Of a stretch of DNA of 64,000 bases, positions 45,875 through 55,785 are shown piece after piece. The stretch spans positions 1,856,001 through 1,920,000 of the forward strand of contig CBDCRP010000003.1 in assembly GCA_965221165.1 (NCBI GenBank), written 5' to 3'. The translations under genes and the position numbers were made by a program. This DNA comes from a bacterium. Lineage in GTDB: Bacteria; UBA8248. How positions within the stretch are numbered: the stretch's first letter is position 1; each line of letters starts with the position of its first letter. The notes beneath the pieces are model-generated. The model was not told the origin of the DNA, did no database searches, and saw only the letters and a program-made list of their open reading frames with translations.

Positions 45875-47677
45875 ATGGCGAGAGCAAAAACCGGACGCGC
45901 GAAGCAAAAGACCAAACTAGACCCCATCACCCTGGCCGTGCTGCACAAGCGTTTCGACGCCGTGACGACCAAAATGGCGAACACTCTCTTGCGCACGGGC
46001 CGCTCGGGCGTGTTGAATCTGGCGCGCGATTTTTCCACCTCCGTCGTGACGCGCGACTGCGAACTCCTGACGGGCGCGGAATCACTCCCCATCCACCATT
46101 TGAGCGGGGCGGACCTGATGGCCCGCTCGATGATGGATTTACACCCGGACCTCAAGCGAGGCGACGCCTATCTGCACAACTCGCCCTACCACGGCTGCTC
46201 GCATCCTGCGGATCACACCATCCTCGTGCCCGTCATCGACAAGAAGGGCGTCCATCAGTTCACCGTGTGGGTGAAGGCCCACCAGGCGGATTGCGGGTGC
46301 AGCCAGCCCACCACCTACATGGGCCACGCGCGCGACGTATATGAGGAGGGCGCGCTCATCTTCCCGCCCACCAAGGTGCAGACGAACTACGAGGACAACG
46401 AGGATTTCATCAACTTCTGCCGGATGCGCATCCGCGTGCCGGAGCAGTGGTACGGCGATTACCTCGCCATGATAGGCGCAGCGCGAATCGGCGAGCGCGA
46501 GGTGCTCGCCATGAGCGATGAATACGGCTGGGAGACGCTCCACGATTTCTCCAAAGAGTGGTTCGACTACAGCGAGAAACTCATGATCTCCGCCATCCGC
46601 AAGCTGCCCACAGGGGAGGCCACCGCCCACAGCACGCACGACCCCGTGCCCGGAACGCCGGATGAGGGAATCCCCATCACCGCGCACGTCCGGATCGACA
46701 ACAAGAAGGCCACCATCGAGGTGGATTTGCGCGACAACCCCGACGCCATGCCCTGCGGCCTCAACCTGAGCGAGGCCTGCGCGCGCACGGGCGCGATGAT
46801 AGGCGTGTTCAACAGCATCGACGACATCGTGCCCACGAACGCGGGCAGCTTCCGCCGCGTGAACGTGCTGATTCGCGATGGCTCCGTCGCGGGCGGGGGC
46901 AAGCACCCCACTTCCATGTCCGTTGCCACCACCAACCTGGCCGACCGCGTGACGAACCCCGTGCAGCGCGCGTTCTCGAAGATTCAGGACGGCATCGGCC
47001 TGGCGGAGTGCGGGCCGATTTTCCCGGCCTCGATGGGCGTCATCTCGGGCTTCGACCCCAGGAATGACAACGAGCCGTTCGTGAACCATCTTTTCCTAAT
47101 GGTCACCGGGGGAGCCGGGGCGGGCAAGACGGACGCCTGGCTCACGATTCTGCACGCGGGCAACGCAGGCATGTGCTTCGTGGACAGCATCGAACTGGAC
47201 GAACTCCACTTTCCCATCTACATCAAAACCAGAAGGCTCATGCCCGATACCGAGGGCGCGGGCAGGACGATAGGCGCGCCTTCTGGCTATTGCGAATACG
47301 GCCCCGTGGGCGGGGGGGACCTGGAAGTCGTCTACGTGTCGGACGGCGCGGTAAATGCTTCCAAGGGTACGCTCGGCGGGCTGAACGGGGCGGTTTGCCA
47401 GAACTTCCTCATGCGCGAGGACGGGTCTCTGGAGGATCTGCCCGGCTGTGCGGACATCATCCTGAAACCCGGCGAGAACGTGGCTTCTTACTGCACGGGC
47501 GGGGGCGGCTACGGCCCGCCGCACGAGCGGCCCGTCGAAAAGGTGCAAAACGACGTGGAGGAGAAGTGGATCACCAAAGAGCGCGCCTGGAAGGTCTACG
47601 GCGTCGCCATCGACGAGGCGGGCGAGGTGGATGAGGCCAGGACCAAGCGGAGAAGGAAGAGGCTGAGCTCAGCATAA
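45875..47677 (+). CDS. Hydantoinase B/oxoprolinase family subunit
   Basis: HNSPYHGCSHPAD, HQAD, VYEEG, GGGGYGPP; 9 nt downstream of the A subunit. Confidence 0.92.
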   Translation: MARAKTGRAKQKTKLDPITLAVLHKRFDAVTTKMANTLLRTGRSGVLNLARDFSTSVVTRDCELLTGAESLPIHHLSGADLMARSMMDLHPDLKRGDAYLHNSPYHGCSHPADHTILVPVIDKKGVHQFTVWVKAHQADCGCSQPTTYMGHARDVYEEGALIFPPTKVQTNYEDNEDFINFCRMRIRVPEQWYGDYLAMIGAARIGEREVLAMSDEYGWETLHDFSKEWFDYSEKLMISAIRKLPTGEATAHSTHDPVPGTPDEGIPITAHVRIDNKKATIEVDLRDNPDAMPCGLNLSEACARTGAMIGVFNSIDDIVPTNAGSFRRVNVLIRDGSVAGGGKHPTSMSVATTNLADRVTNPVQRAFSKIQDGIGLAECGPIFPASMGVISGFDPRNDNEPFVNHLFLMVTGGAGAGKTDAWLTILHAGNAGMCFVDSIELDELHFPIYIKTRRLMPDTEGAGRTIGAPSGYCEYGPVGGGDLEVVYVSDGAVNASKGTLGGLNGAVCQNFLMREDGSLEDLPGCADIILKPGENVASYCTGGGGYGPPHERPVEKVQNDVEEKWITKERAWKVYGVAIDEAGEVDEARTKRRRKRLSSA

Positions 47678-47732
47678 AACTTTTCCGGGATTACATAGAA
47701 AACACGGGAAACCGCAGGGGGAGGAGATACCC

Positions 47733-48476
47733 ATGAAGCTAAAGGACAAGGTCGCCATCGTCACCGGCGGCTCGCAGGGAATCGGCGAGGCCGTCTGCCG
47801 ACGCTTCGCGGAAGAGGGCGCCAAGGTCGCCATCGTGAACCGAACGGCGGAAAAAGGAGAGGCGCTTGCGGCGGAGATCGGCGAGGCGGCCAAGGCGTTT
47901 CCGTGCGACGTATCGAACAAGGCGGCCGTGGACGCCATGGTGGCGGCCGTGGTGGATGCGTTCGGCACGGTGGACATCCTCGTCGGCAACGCCGGCATCA
48001 TGATCAACAAGGAACTCGAAGACTACAGCGAGCAGGAGTGGGACGACACCATCGACATCAATCTCAAGGGCAACTTCCTGCTCTCACAGGCCATCGTCCC
48101 CATCATGAAGGAGAAGAAGTACGGGAAGATCATCTTCGTCGCCTCCATCGCCGCCACGCACGCCTTTCCCAACGCGGTGCCCTATTGCGCGAGCAAGGGC
48201 GGGGTCTACATGGTCACGCGCGCGCTTGCGGCGGAGATTTCGAAATGCGGCATCAACGTGAACTGCATCTCGCCGGGCAACACGGCCACGCCGCTGAACC
48301 AGCACCTACAGGACGACCCCGAGTTCGTGAAGCTCATGGCGAGCTACACGCCCACGGGCCGGGCGTACATATCGACGGCGGAGATGGCGGGCGCGGCGGT
48401 GTTCCTGGCGTCAGACGACGCGAGCGCGGTGCACGGCCTCGACCTGATCGTGGACGACGGCTGGTGCGCGATTTAA
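47733..48476 (+). CDS. SDR family oxidoreductase
   Basis: TGGSQGIG, NAG, YCASK. Confidence 0.93.
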   Translation: MKLKDKVAIVTGGSQGIGEAVCRRFAEEGAKVAIVNRTAEKGEALAAEIGEAAKAFPCDVSNKAAVDAMVAAVVDAFGTVDILVGNAGIMINKELEDYSEQEWDDTIDINLKGNFLLSQAIVPIMKEKKYGKIIFVASIAATHAFPNAVPYCASKGGVYMVTRALAAEISKCGINVNCISPGNTATPLNQHLQDDPEFVKLMASYTPTGRAYISTAEMAGAAVFLASDDASAVHGLDLIVDDGWCAI

Positions 48477-48496
48477 GCCGGGGTTGAAAAACCGCG

Positions 48497-49402
48497 ATGC
48501 CAGGCGCGCTCAAATCGCTCAGAACCCCCGCGCTCGAAATCGGCTATCAAGAGGCGGGCGATGAAACAGCGCCGTCCGTCATCCTCGTGCACGGCTTTCC
48601 CGACGATGCGAAAACGTGGGACCGCGTCGTCCCCATCCTGAACGATGCGGGCCTGAGGACGCTTTGCCCCTACGTGCGCGGCTACGGACCGACGCGGTTC
48701 TTAGACCCAGCGACGCCCAGAAGCGCCCAGTACACCGCCATCGCCTCCGACATCACGGCTTTTGCCGACGCACTGGGGCTCGAACGCTTCACGCTCGTGG
48801 GGCACGACTGGGGCGCGCGCGCTTCTTATTGCGTAGCGGCCATGCATCCCAAGCGGCTGAACGCCCTCATCGTGAGTCCTGCGGGCTACGGCACGGGACG
48901 CCCCCAGCAGCGGATGTCGGTCGATCAGGTGCGCGCGTACTGGTATCAATGGTTTTTCTGCACCGAACGCGGACGCGATGCGCTCGGAGCGGACGCCGCC
49001 GGTTTTTGCCGCGAACTCTGGCGCACATGGTCGCCGGGCTGGAACTTTTCGGACGCTGAATTCGAGGCGACGGCGCAATCCTTCGATAATCCCGATTTCT
49101 TGGGAATAGTCATGCATTCGTATCGCTACCGGTGGGGATACGAAAAACCAGACCCCAGGTATGAGGACGCGGAAAGTTTCATGCGCGGTCTGCCCGCCAT
49201 ATCGACGCCGACCGTTCTCATACAAGGCGCCGAAGACGGGGCGTCGCGGCCCGAGAGCTCGGAGGGTAAGGAAGGACATTTCACAGGCGGGTACCGGAGG
49301 ATTCTGGTGGAGGGCGCGGGGCACTTCGCCCAGCGCGAGAAGCCGGAGGTCTTCGCCGCCGCCATTCTGGAAATTGCGAAAAGAGCCCTGAATAATGGAT
49401 GA
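48497..49402 (+). CDS. Alpha/beta hydrolase (epoxide hydrolase/dehalogenase-like)
   Basis: HGFPD, RGYG, GHDWGA (Asp nucleophile), GHF. Confidence 0.88.
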   Translation: MPGALKSLRTPALEIGYQEAGDETAPSVILVHGFPDDAKTWDRVVPILNDAGLRTLCPYVRGYGPTRFLDPATPRSAQYTAIASDITAFADALGLERFTLVGHDWGARASYCVAAMHPKRLNALIVSPAGYGTGRPQQRMSVDQVRAYWYQWFFCTERGRDALGADAAGFCRELWRTWSPGWNFSDAEFEATAQSFDNPDFLGIVMHSYRYRWGYEKPDPRYEDAESFMRGLPAISTPTVLIQGAEDGASRPESSEGKEGHFTGGYRRILVEGAGHFAQREKPEVFAAAILEIAKRALNNG

Positions 49403-50291
49403 AAAGAGCGCGTTTTATATCTGCTACGTGAACGGCGAATACGTTACAGCCTCTGAGGCCAAGGTCTCCGCCTTCGACCACGGGTTTCTCTACGGGGACG
49501 GTCTTTTCGAGTCCATGACGGTGACGAACCGGCGCATTTTCAAATTCGACGAGCATCTTGACCGCATGGAACGCTCCGCGCGCGTGCTCAAGCTCGAACC
49601 CCCCGAGACGCGCAAGCGAATCGCCGAGATCGTGAAGGAATGCGTCCGAAGGTCCGGGGTGGACGACGTCTACCTGCGCGTCGTCATCTCGCGTGGGGCG
49701 GGCTACCCCCTGCTCGACCCGAGGGTAGTGGATAAGGCGACGCTCGCCGTGCTCCTGCACGACCCCGCCCCGCCGCCCGAGACGGGTTCGAGCTACAAGG
49801 CGAAGGGTGCGGGCCTGAGACTCAAGACGGCGGGTGTTCGCAAAGCGCCTTCCGAGTCCTTCGAGGCGCGCGTGAAATCGCTGAATTACCTCAACAACGT
49901 GATGGCGAGAATAGAAGCCGTCGAATCGGGATTCGATGAGGCGATTCTCCTCGACGTGCGCGGCTTCGTTGCGGAGGCCCCGGGGGAGAACGTCTTCGTC
50001 GTGAAGGACGGCGTCTTAAGAACGCCCAAGGCGCACAACGTGCTGGACGGCATCACCAGAAAAACCGTGCTCGAAATCGCCGCCGAGGCGGGGATTCCGG
50101 CGGAGGAGGCGGACCTCACGCTCTATGATCTCTACACGGCGGATGAGTGTTTTCTCACCTCATCCTTCAGCCGGGTGCACGCGGTGGCCGAGGTGGACGG
50201 GCGGCCCATTCCGGCGCCCGGCCCCATCACGCAAAAGCTGCGCGCCGATATTCTCGAGATGGAAAGAACACAAGGCGAGCCGATAGACTAA
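49395..50291 (+). CDS. ilvE: Class IV PLP aminotransferase (IlvE/Dat-like)
   Basis: DHGFLYGDGLFE, KSLNY, EAPGENVF, LDGITR, ADECFLT. Confidence 0.8.
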   Translation: MDEKSAFYICYVNGEYVTASEAKVSAFDHGFLYGDGLFESMTVTNRRIFKFDEHLDRMERSARVLKLEPPETRKRIAEIVKECVRRSGVDDVYLRVVISRGAGYPLLDPRVVDKATLAVLLHDPAPPPETGSSYKAKGAGLRLKTAGVRKAPSESFEARVKSLNYLNNVMARIEAVESGFDEAILLDVRGFVAEAPGENVFVVKDGVLRTPKAHNVLDGITRKTVLEIAAEAGIPAEEADLTLYDLYTADECFLTSSFSRVHAVAEVDGRPIPAPGPITQKLRADILEMERTQGEPID

Positions 50292-50344
50292 AGGCCTGTA
50301 TGCCGGTGCGAGCCGGGTCATGACAATCAAGGAGAAAGAGGAAA

Positions 50345-50680
50345 GTGGCGACGATGGTTGATTTCGACAAGCTGGACATCCGCCTGGGGCGCATCGTCGA
50401 GGCGGCGGATTTCCCCGAGGCGCGAAAACCGGCTTATAAACTCAGGATTGATTTCGGGGATGAGATAGGCGTCAAGAAATCATCCGCCCAACTCGTCGCG
50501 CTTTATTCCAAAGAAGAACTCGAGGGAAAACTCGTGCTCGGCGTGGTGAATTTTCCGCTGAGGCAGATTGGCCCTTTCATCTCGGAAGTCCTCACGCTCG
50601 GCGTGCCGGACGAGAGGGGCGAGGTAGTGCTCATCGCGCCGGATGATAAAGGCGCGCGTATCGGCGGGCGGTTGTTTTAG
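50345..50680 (+). CDS. csaA: tRNA-binding/export chaperone CsaA
   Basis: LDIRLGRI, FPEARKPAYKL, IDFG, SSAQL, VVNF..RQIG, SEVLTLG. Confidence 0.92.
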   Translation: MATMVDFDKLDIRLGRIVEAADFPEARKPAYKLRIDFGDEIGVKKSSAQLVALYSKEELEGKLVLGVVNFPLRQIGPFISEVLTLGVPDERGEVVLIAPDDKGARIGGRLF

Positions 50681-50732
50681 GTCGAATCCGACCGAGGAGG
50701 AAGGATTCGCCGACCGGGGAGAGTCACTTCTC

Positions 50733-50857
50733 GTAGGGGCGGACCTATGCGTCCGTCCGCATGTCGTTTTAGTTGTCAAACCGGTTGTAGGGGACGCATA
50801 TATGCGTCCCGTGGTTTGACGGCCAAAGACAAAGGGACGCATGTATGCGTCCCCTAC
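50733..50857. repeat. Cluster of three GTAG-type REPs
   Basis: 50733-50758 GTAGGGGCGGACC..., 50787-50810 GTAGGGGACGCATATATGCGTCCC, 50834-50857 GGGACGCATGTATGCGTCCCCTAC (inverted doublet). Confidence 0.8.
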
Positions 50858-50998
50858 ACTCCAAATGACCTGTTCGGGATGTTCGACCGATAGAGCAACA
50901 GATATGTGTACCCTCCCGTCTCAGACGGCGAACCCTCCTTCCTCAGTCGGGTTCGACCCTCAAGGGGGGAGTGAATCGAGAAGCCGCGGGCGGTTGTT

Positions 50999-51892
50999 CT
51001 AGTCCAGATCGGGCCGTTCCTCATCCTGATAGTGCCCCAAACCCTTGGGCGCGGCGCCGTTGTTGCGAAGCACGTGCATGGGCGCAGGAACGAGCGGCTT
51101 CCACTGGGTTTCCTCAGGGGGCTCGGGCCACTCGTGAGAGAGATGCTGGTAGGCGTTCGGGCCATCTGCGGCTTCTAAATGCGCGCACATATCGTCGCAC
51201 ACCGAGCGCTGGCCTTCTCTGTCGCCCACGTCTCCCAACATGCGTCCGAAGGGATACTGGATGAACACCGCCCTCGGCACGCAGACCTTCTCCGAGACTT
51301 CAGGCTGATTGCATATCGAGACGGTGGCGATTCCCAAATCTTCCAATCTTCTTTGCAGCAGGCTCACGGACCGCATGCAAAGCGGTCAGACGGGGATGAG
51401 CAAGGCCGCGTCCACGCCCTCTGCGTGCATCTTCTCGGCCATCAGGGGGGCCGTTTTCTTCATTAGGGGATGGAAGTTGGGCGTATAGCCCATGGTGGAG
51501 TAGAGGGTGTCGGCCAGTGCGCCGATTTTTCCCTCGCGCTCGTAATCCAGGAAGATATCCACCGGAAACGAGACGTTCCTGTCGCGTTTCAGATATTCGG
51601 TGTTGATGTGTAAGTGCGAGTATTCGCAATCATCCTGAGCGGCCGTTTTGGGAATCTCCCGGTGCGTGGGGTCTCCCCAGTGCGGCTCGCGCCACTCGCG
51701 CTCATAATCGAAGGAAACGTCTCCCTTCATGAATATGCCCGCCGTGGAGACGAGGGTTACCTTGCACTCCGAGAGCGGTTTTCCCAGCGGCGTCCAAGGC
51801 GTCTTGGCCGGATCGGCAGGCCGCATCGCGCCGATGCGCGTTTTGCTGCCGGGATAATAGACGTATCCATCGACTGTCGTGATTGGTGACAT
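50999..51892 (-). CDS. PrdB/GrdB-like (Stickland reductase component B family) selenoprotein (UGA at 51386-51388)
   Basis: PWTPLGKPLSECKVTLVSTAG; in-frame readthrough AALLIPV-U-PLC-MRSVSLLQRRLEDLGIATV; VPRA...YPFG. Confidence 0.85.
51351..51382 (-). promoter_or_regulatory. Putative bacterial SECIS hairpin
   Basis: mRNA CUUUGCA-U-GCGG-UCCGUGAGC-CUGC-UGCAAAG; bulged U, loop G 19 nt after UGA. Confidence 0.65.
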
Positions 51893-51978
51893 GGGAGTTT
51901 TACTCCTCCTCTCGCACTATTCTTATCGTCTCGCCCGCAGAAAACCGGGCCTTGCGTTCTTTGTCCTCATACCATGAA

Positions 51979-52809
51979 TCAATACATCGTATACAAAACG
52001 CACAGGAGTTGATTCGCCAACTCCGCGTTTCCTTCGATTTCAAAGCGGCCGGAAATCTCCATGGCCCCGCGCTTCGCGCGGCCGTATATCATCAGCAGGT
52101 GCGCCTCGCCGTCCGCGGTGATTGTGGCGTCGTGCGCGCCCGACGTGTCGGCGGATTCTTCCGCCTTCTCGCCGGCGACGGTGAGCGTCCACGCGCGATC
52201 GGGCATCTTTGAGCGGAACAGGAAGCGACCATCGAAGGGCGGGTTCTCGCGGACGCCGAAAAGACGGCTCTGGGTCGAGGGCAGGAAGCTCATGATTCCC
52301 TCCACGCTCTGAGATGCAACGCAAGCCTCCGGATCCTCTCCGTAGCGGATGTCCCAGTCGTGCATCGCCAGTTCGACGAGCCTGAGCCCGATCCAGGCGT
52401 CGAGCCGCGTCAGCCCCCGGGGGTGAAAACCGTGCTTGCCCAAGTCGTTAGCAGTAATGTCCCCGAGCGCGCCGTTCACCTCGGCGGCGGAGACGTCGAA
52501 CGCATCCATCATCTCCTCCCTGGGCAGGGCCATGAGTTCCTCGCCCCTGGCGCCGCGGATGGCGAAAAACTCCTTCACGTTGCTACCGTAGGGCGGCTCG
52601 GGCGGCAGGCCCTCCAAGGCCCTGCGAATCGAGTTCGCATAAAAATCGCCCCCCGTCGCCAGGTGGGAGACGGCGTGACGCGCCCGCCAGCCGGGGCAGA
52701 ACGTGTCCACCTCCCAGCGCGCGTCCGAAAAACCGCGCCAGCACGCCGAGAGGCGCTCGGTTTCCGATTTCACCAAAGCGACTCGAGAAAGTTGTTCTTC
52801 AGGGCTCAC
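51979..52809 (-). CDS. Maleylpyruvate isomerase (MDMPI/DinB superfamily) protein with SCP2-like C-terminus
   Basis: CPGW.ARHAVSHL, ELAMHDWDI; GTG start after GGAGG. Confidence 0.8.
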   Translation of the reverse strand: MSPEEQLSRVALVKSETERLSACWRGFSDARWEVDTFCPGWRARHAVSHLATGGDFYANSIRRALEGLPPEPPYGSNVKEFFAIRGARGEELMALPREEMMDAFDVSAAEVNGALGDITANDLGKHGFHPRGLTRLDAWIGLRLVELAMHDWDIRYGEDPEACVASQSVEGIMSFLPSTQSRLFGVRENPPFDGRFLFRSKMPDRAWTLTVAGEKAEESADTSGAHDATITADGEAHLLMIYGRAKRGAMEISGRFEIEGNAELANQLLCVLYTMY

Positions 52810-53036
52810 GTGGGCGCACCTCCGTCTCGCGCAATCGCGATTCGTCTTTGAAAGAGAAATCCCCATCTCATGAATGGGGAGAGGATTCAAGTATTGCGAA
52901 ACCCGGGGCCGCCGGCAAGGGCCGCAAGCTGGCGGGGGGAGGGGGAGTTCTGCTAGGTTATGGCCTCGTATCGAGGAGAAGCGAGAGGAGGCGGAATCTC
53001 TCGGGAACGCTCCTCTTTTCAGGAGACGAAAAACCC

Positions 53037-54362
53037 ATGTCCCCATTGATGGTGGTCGCCGACGGCGAGGGCAACCTGTTCGAACACCCCGAACTCGAAA
53101 TGGTGGGCGCGCAGGGGGCCGAACCCGTGGCGCCGGAACCCGAGGAACTCTCTCCCCTGCCTGGTGGGAGCAAGTTCTTCACCATCCCGGACAGCATTCC
53201 CGTGGGCGGCGACGCGCAAGAGGACGCGCTCGTGAGCGTGGAGGAAGCGGACTGGGGCGATGGCCCCGCCGCCTTACAGGCCGCCTGCACGTTTCCCTCG
53301 CCCGGGTGGATGCGCACCCTGCTCCCCTTCGCCGAGAGAGACCCCGGCGCGCAGACGCTTCCGCTTTGGGCCTACACCGCGCTGGGTTTCGATGAGGAGA
53401 GCGGCGAATTCGTATGCGCCGCCGTTCGGGTGGATGACTGCCCGCGCTGGGAACCCGAGGAATACGACGACACCGGCCTCACCGGGCGAATCGAGCAGAT
53501 GCGCGTAGCCCACCCCAAAAACCGGATGATCCCCCACCTTGCGCGCTGCGCGCGTGAGTTCCACTGTTTCGCGGCGAAAAACTTCTTCGCCGGCCGCTGG
53601 GAGATGGGACTGCCCATCGCTCCGCTTTGCAACGCGGATTGCAGGGGGTGCATATCCCTCCAGACGGACGACCTCTTCCCGGCAAGCCACCAGCGCATCG
53701 AGATAGTCCCCACACCAGAAGAACTTTGCGAAATCGCCGCTCCCCATCTCGATGGCGCGGAGATGGCCGTCGCCAGCTTCGGCCAGGGATGCGAGGGGGA
53801 GCCGCTGCTTCAGGCAGGCGTCATCGAGCGCGCCTGCCGCCTCATCCGCGAGCGAACATCGCGCGGCACCCTGCACCTGAACACGAACGGCAGCCGGCCC
53901 GAGTGGATGGAGCGTCTTAGCCTGGCGGGCCTGGAGAGCATACGCATCAGCACGAACAGCGTGACGCCCGAGTGGCACCACGCCTATTACCGGCCCGAGA
54001 CGTATGATTTCACCCACGTGGAAGACTGCGTGAAGGCCGCCGTGGACGCAGGGCTCTACACGCAGATCAATTATCTGGTCTTCCCCGGCGTCACGGATCT
54101 GGAAGCCGAGGTCGAGGCGACCCTCGACTTCGCGCTGAGATGCGGCCTGCACGTGATCCAGATGAAAAACCTCTGCATCGACCCCGCGCTCTATCTCGAC
54201 ACCCTGCCCGATATCGGGGACATGGGGGAGGCGATGGGCATGGTGCGGGCCCTGGAGGTCTACCGAAAAGAACTGCCCGACGTGGCTATCCGCTACTTCA
54301 ACCGTCCCAGGGAGGAATGGCACATCGACCCCAAAGCCTCCCCGGTGAGGGCTGTGCGATGA
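53037..54362 (+). CDS. Uncharacterised radical SAM protein
   Basis: CNADCRGC (CX3CX2C), SFGQGCEGEP, LNTNGS, NYLVFPG. Confidence 0.9.
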   Translation: MSPLMVVADGEGNLFEHPELEMVGAQGAEPVAPEPEELSPLPGGSKFFTIPDSIPVGGDAQEDALVSVEEADWGDGPAALQAACTFPSPGWMRTLLPFAERDPGAQTLPLWAYTALGFDEESGEFVCAAVRVDDCPRWEPEEYDDTGLTGRIEQMRVAHPKNRMIPHLARCAREFHCFAAKNFFAGRWEMGLPIAPLCNADCRGCISLQTDDLFPASHQRIEIVPTPEELCEIAAPHLDGAEMAVASFGQGCEGEPLLQAGVIERACRLIRERTSRGTLHLNTNGSRPEWMERLSLAGLESIRISTNSVTPEWHHAYYRPETYDFTHVEDCVKAAVDAGLYTQINYLVFPGVTDLEAEVEATLDFALRCGLHVIQMKNLCIDPALYLDTLPDIGDMGEAMGMVRALEVYRKELPDVAIRYFNRPREEWHIDPKASPVRAVR

Positions 54363-55762
54363 GTGGAGAACTTCTGCAAATCAAGCCCATATCCGAGATG
54401 CCCCTCGTGCGGCGCGACGCGCCCATACCCTTAGGATCAGAAGCGCCCAGCGCCGCGCTCATATCGCTCGGCTGCGCCAAGAACACGGTGGATTCAGAGA
54501 TCATGCTCGCCGCCCTCGCGGGCGCGGGCTACCGGCTCGTGAGCGAGGCGGAGGACGCGCAGGTCGCCATCGTCAACACATGCGGCTTCATCGAGGATGC
54601 GAAGCGCGAATCGATAGATGTGATTCTGGAGGTCGCCCAGCTTAAAGAAGAAGGCGATCTGGAAACCCTGGTGGTGGCGGGCTGTCTGGCCGAGCGCTAC
54701 CGGGGAGAACTCGCCCAGGGCTTGCCCGAGGTGGATCTGTTCATCGGCACGCGCGAATACGATCAGCTTCCTGCTCTTCTGGGCGGAGGGCGCGGCGGAG
54801 CGCGCGAGGCGTTCTCGGACACCTTGATGGATTACGGCAGGAGGCTGCCGCGCATCCTCGCGGAACCGGGCCCCAGCGCCTATTTGAAGGTTGCCGAAGG
54901 CTGCTCGCGGCCCTGCACGTTCTGCGTGATTCCCAGGTTTCGCGGCAGGTTCCGTTCGCGTCCGCTCGATCTGGTGGTCGAAGAAGCGAGCGCCTTGGCC
55001 TGCGCGGGCGTGCGGGAGGTGAACCTTCTCGCACAGGAGATCACGAGCTACGGGGTCGATCTGGGCCTTGGCTTCTCGCTCGCGCGTCTGCTGGAAGAAT
55101 TGAACCGCACGGAAGGCCTCGACTGGATCCGCGTGCTCTACAACTACCCGCGCGGGGTGACGGACGAGTTGCTCGACGCCTACCGTGACCTCCCAAAGGT
55201 GTGCGAGTACATCGACATGCCGCTCCAGCACGTCGCCACGCCCGTGCTCGCCGCCATGCGGCGCGGCATCGACGAGGCGGGCACGCGCGAACTCGTAGCG
55301 CGTATCAAGGAGAAAATACCCGGCTGCGCGCTCAGGACCACCATGCTCGTCGGCTTTCCGGGGGAGACGGACGAAGATTTCGAACTCCTGCTCGACTTCG
55401 TGAAAGAGACGCGCTTCGCCCGGCTGGGCGGTTTCGTCTTCTCGCCCGAGGATCGCTCCATCGCGGCGCGGCTGCCCGATCAGGTTCCCGTGGAACTCGC
55501 GCGCGAGCGCATGGCGCGGCTCCTGGCGCTTCAGGAGCGCATCATGGCCGAGGACAACGAAGCCCTCATTGGCCAACGGGCGCAGGTGCTCGTCGAGGGC
55601 CTGACGGGAGAGGGACTCCTGCGCGGGCGCACGCGGCTGCAGGCCCCGGAAGTGGACGGCGAGGTATTCCTTCATGAAACTGAAAGCCAGCCGGGAGAGA
55701 TCATCGATTGTGAGATCATCGGCTCAGACGGCGTGGACTTGGTGGCGCGGGGCGTCGACTGA
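54359..55762 (+). CDS. rimO: Ribosomal protein S12 methylthiotransferase
   Basis: SLGCAKNTVDSE, VNTCGFI.DAKRES, AGCL, YLKVAEGCSRPCTFC, YIDMPLQH, TRAM domain with QAPEVDG. Confidence 0.92.
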   Translation: MSGELLQIKPISEMPLVRRDAPIPLGSEAPSAALISLGCAKNTVDSEIMLAALAGAGYRLVSEAEDAQVAIVNTCGFIEDAKRESIDVILEVAQLKEEGDLETLVVAGCLAERYRGELAQGLPEVDLFIGTREYDQLPALLGGGRGGAREAFSDTLMDYGRRLPRILAEPGPSAYLKVAEGCSRPCTFCVIPRFRGRFRSRPLDLVVEEASALACAGVREVNLLAQEITSYGVDLGLGFSLARLLEELNRTEGLDWIRVLYNYPRGVTDELLDAYRDLPKVCEYIDMPLQHVATPVLAAMRRGIDEAGTRELVARIKEKIPGCALRTTMLVGFPGETDEDFELLLDFVKETRFARLGGFVFSPEDRSIAARLPDQVPVELARERMARLLALQERIMAEDNEALIGQRAQVLVEGLTGEGLLRGRTRLQAPEVDGEVFLHETESQPGEIIDCEIIGSDGVDLVARGVD

Positions 55763-55785
55763 AGCGAGACTTTAGGAGACATCGA

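Noticed and set aside
50733-50857. Clustered palindromic repeats as a CRISPR array
   Set aside because: Repeats are non-identical, partly inverted and irregularly spaced, with no cas genes; they fit REPs
50910-50975. CCCTCCC...AAGGGGGGAGTG segment as a third repeat family
   Set aside because: Only one convincing copy in this window, so it cannot be supported as a repeat
22150-51892. Genome-wide UGA reassignment (Trp/Gly) or plain pseudogenes as the explanation for the split genes
   Set aside because: Many intact genes here end in TGA and use TGG for Trp; all three internal TGAs fall in CxxU/UxxC motifs with 3' hairpins, which random nonsense mutations would not be expected to do
53274-55675. 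349-aa and 393-aa minus-strand ORFs
   Set aside because: Antisense shadows of the radical SAM gene and rimO
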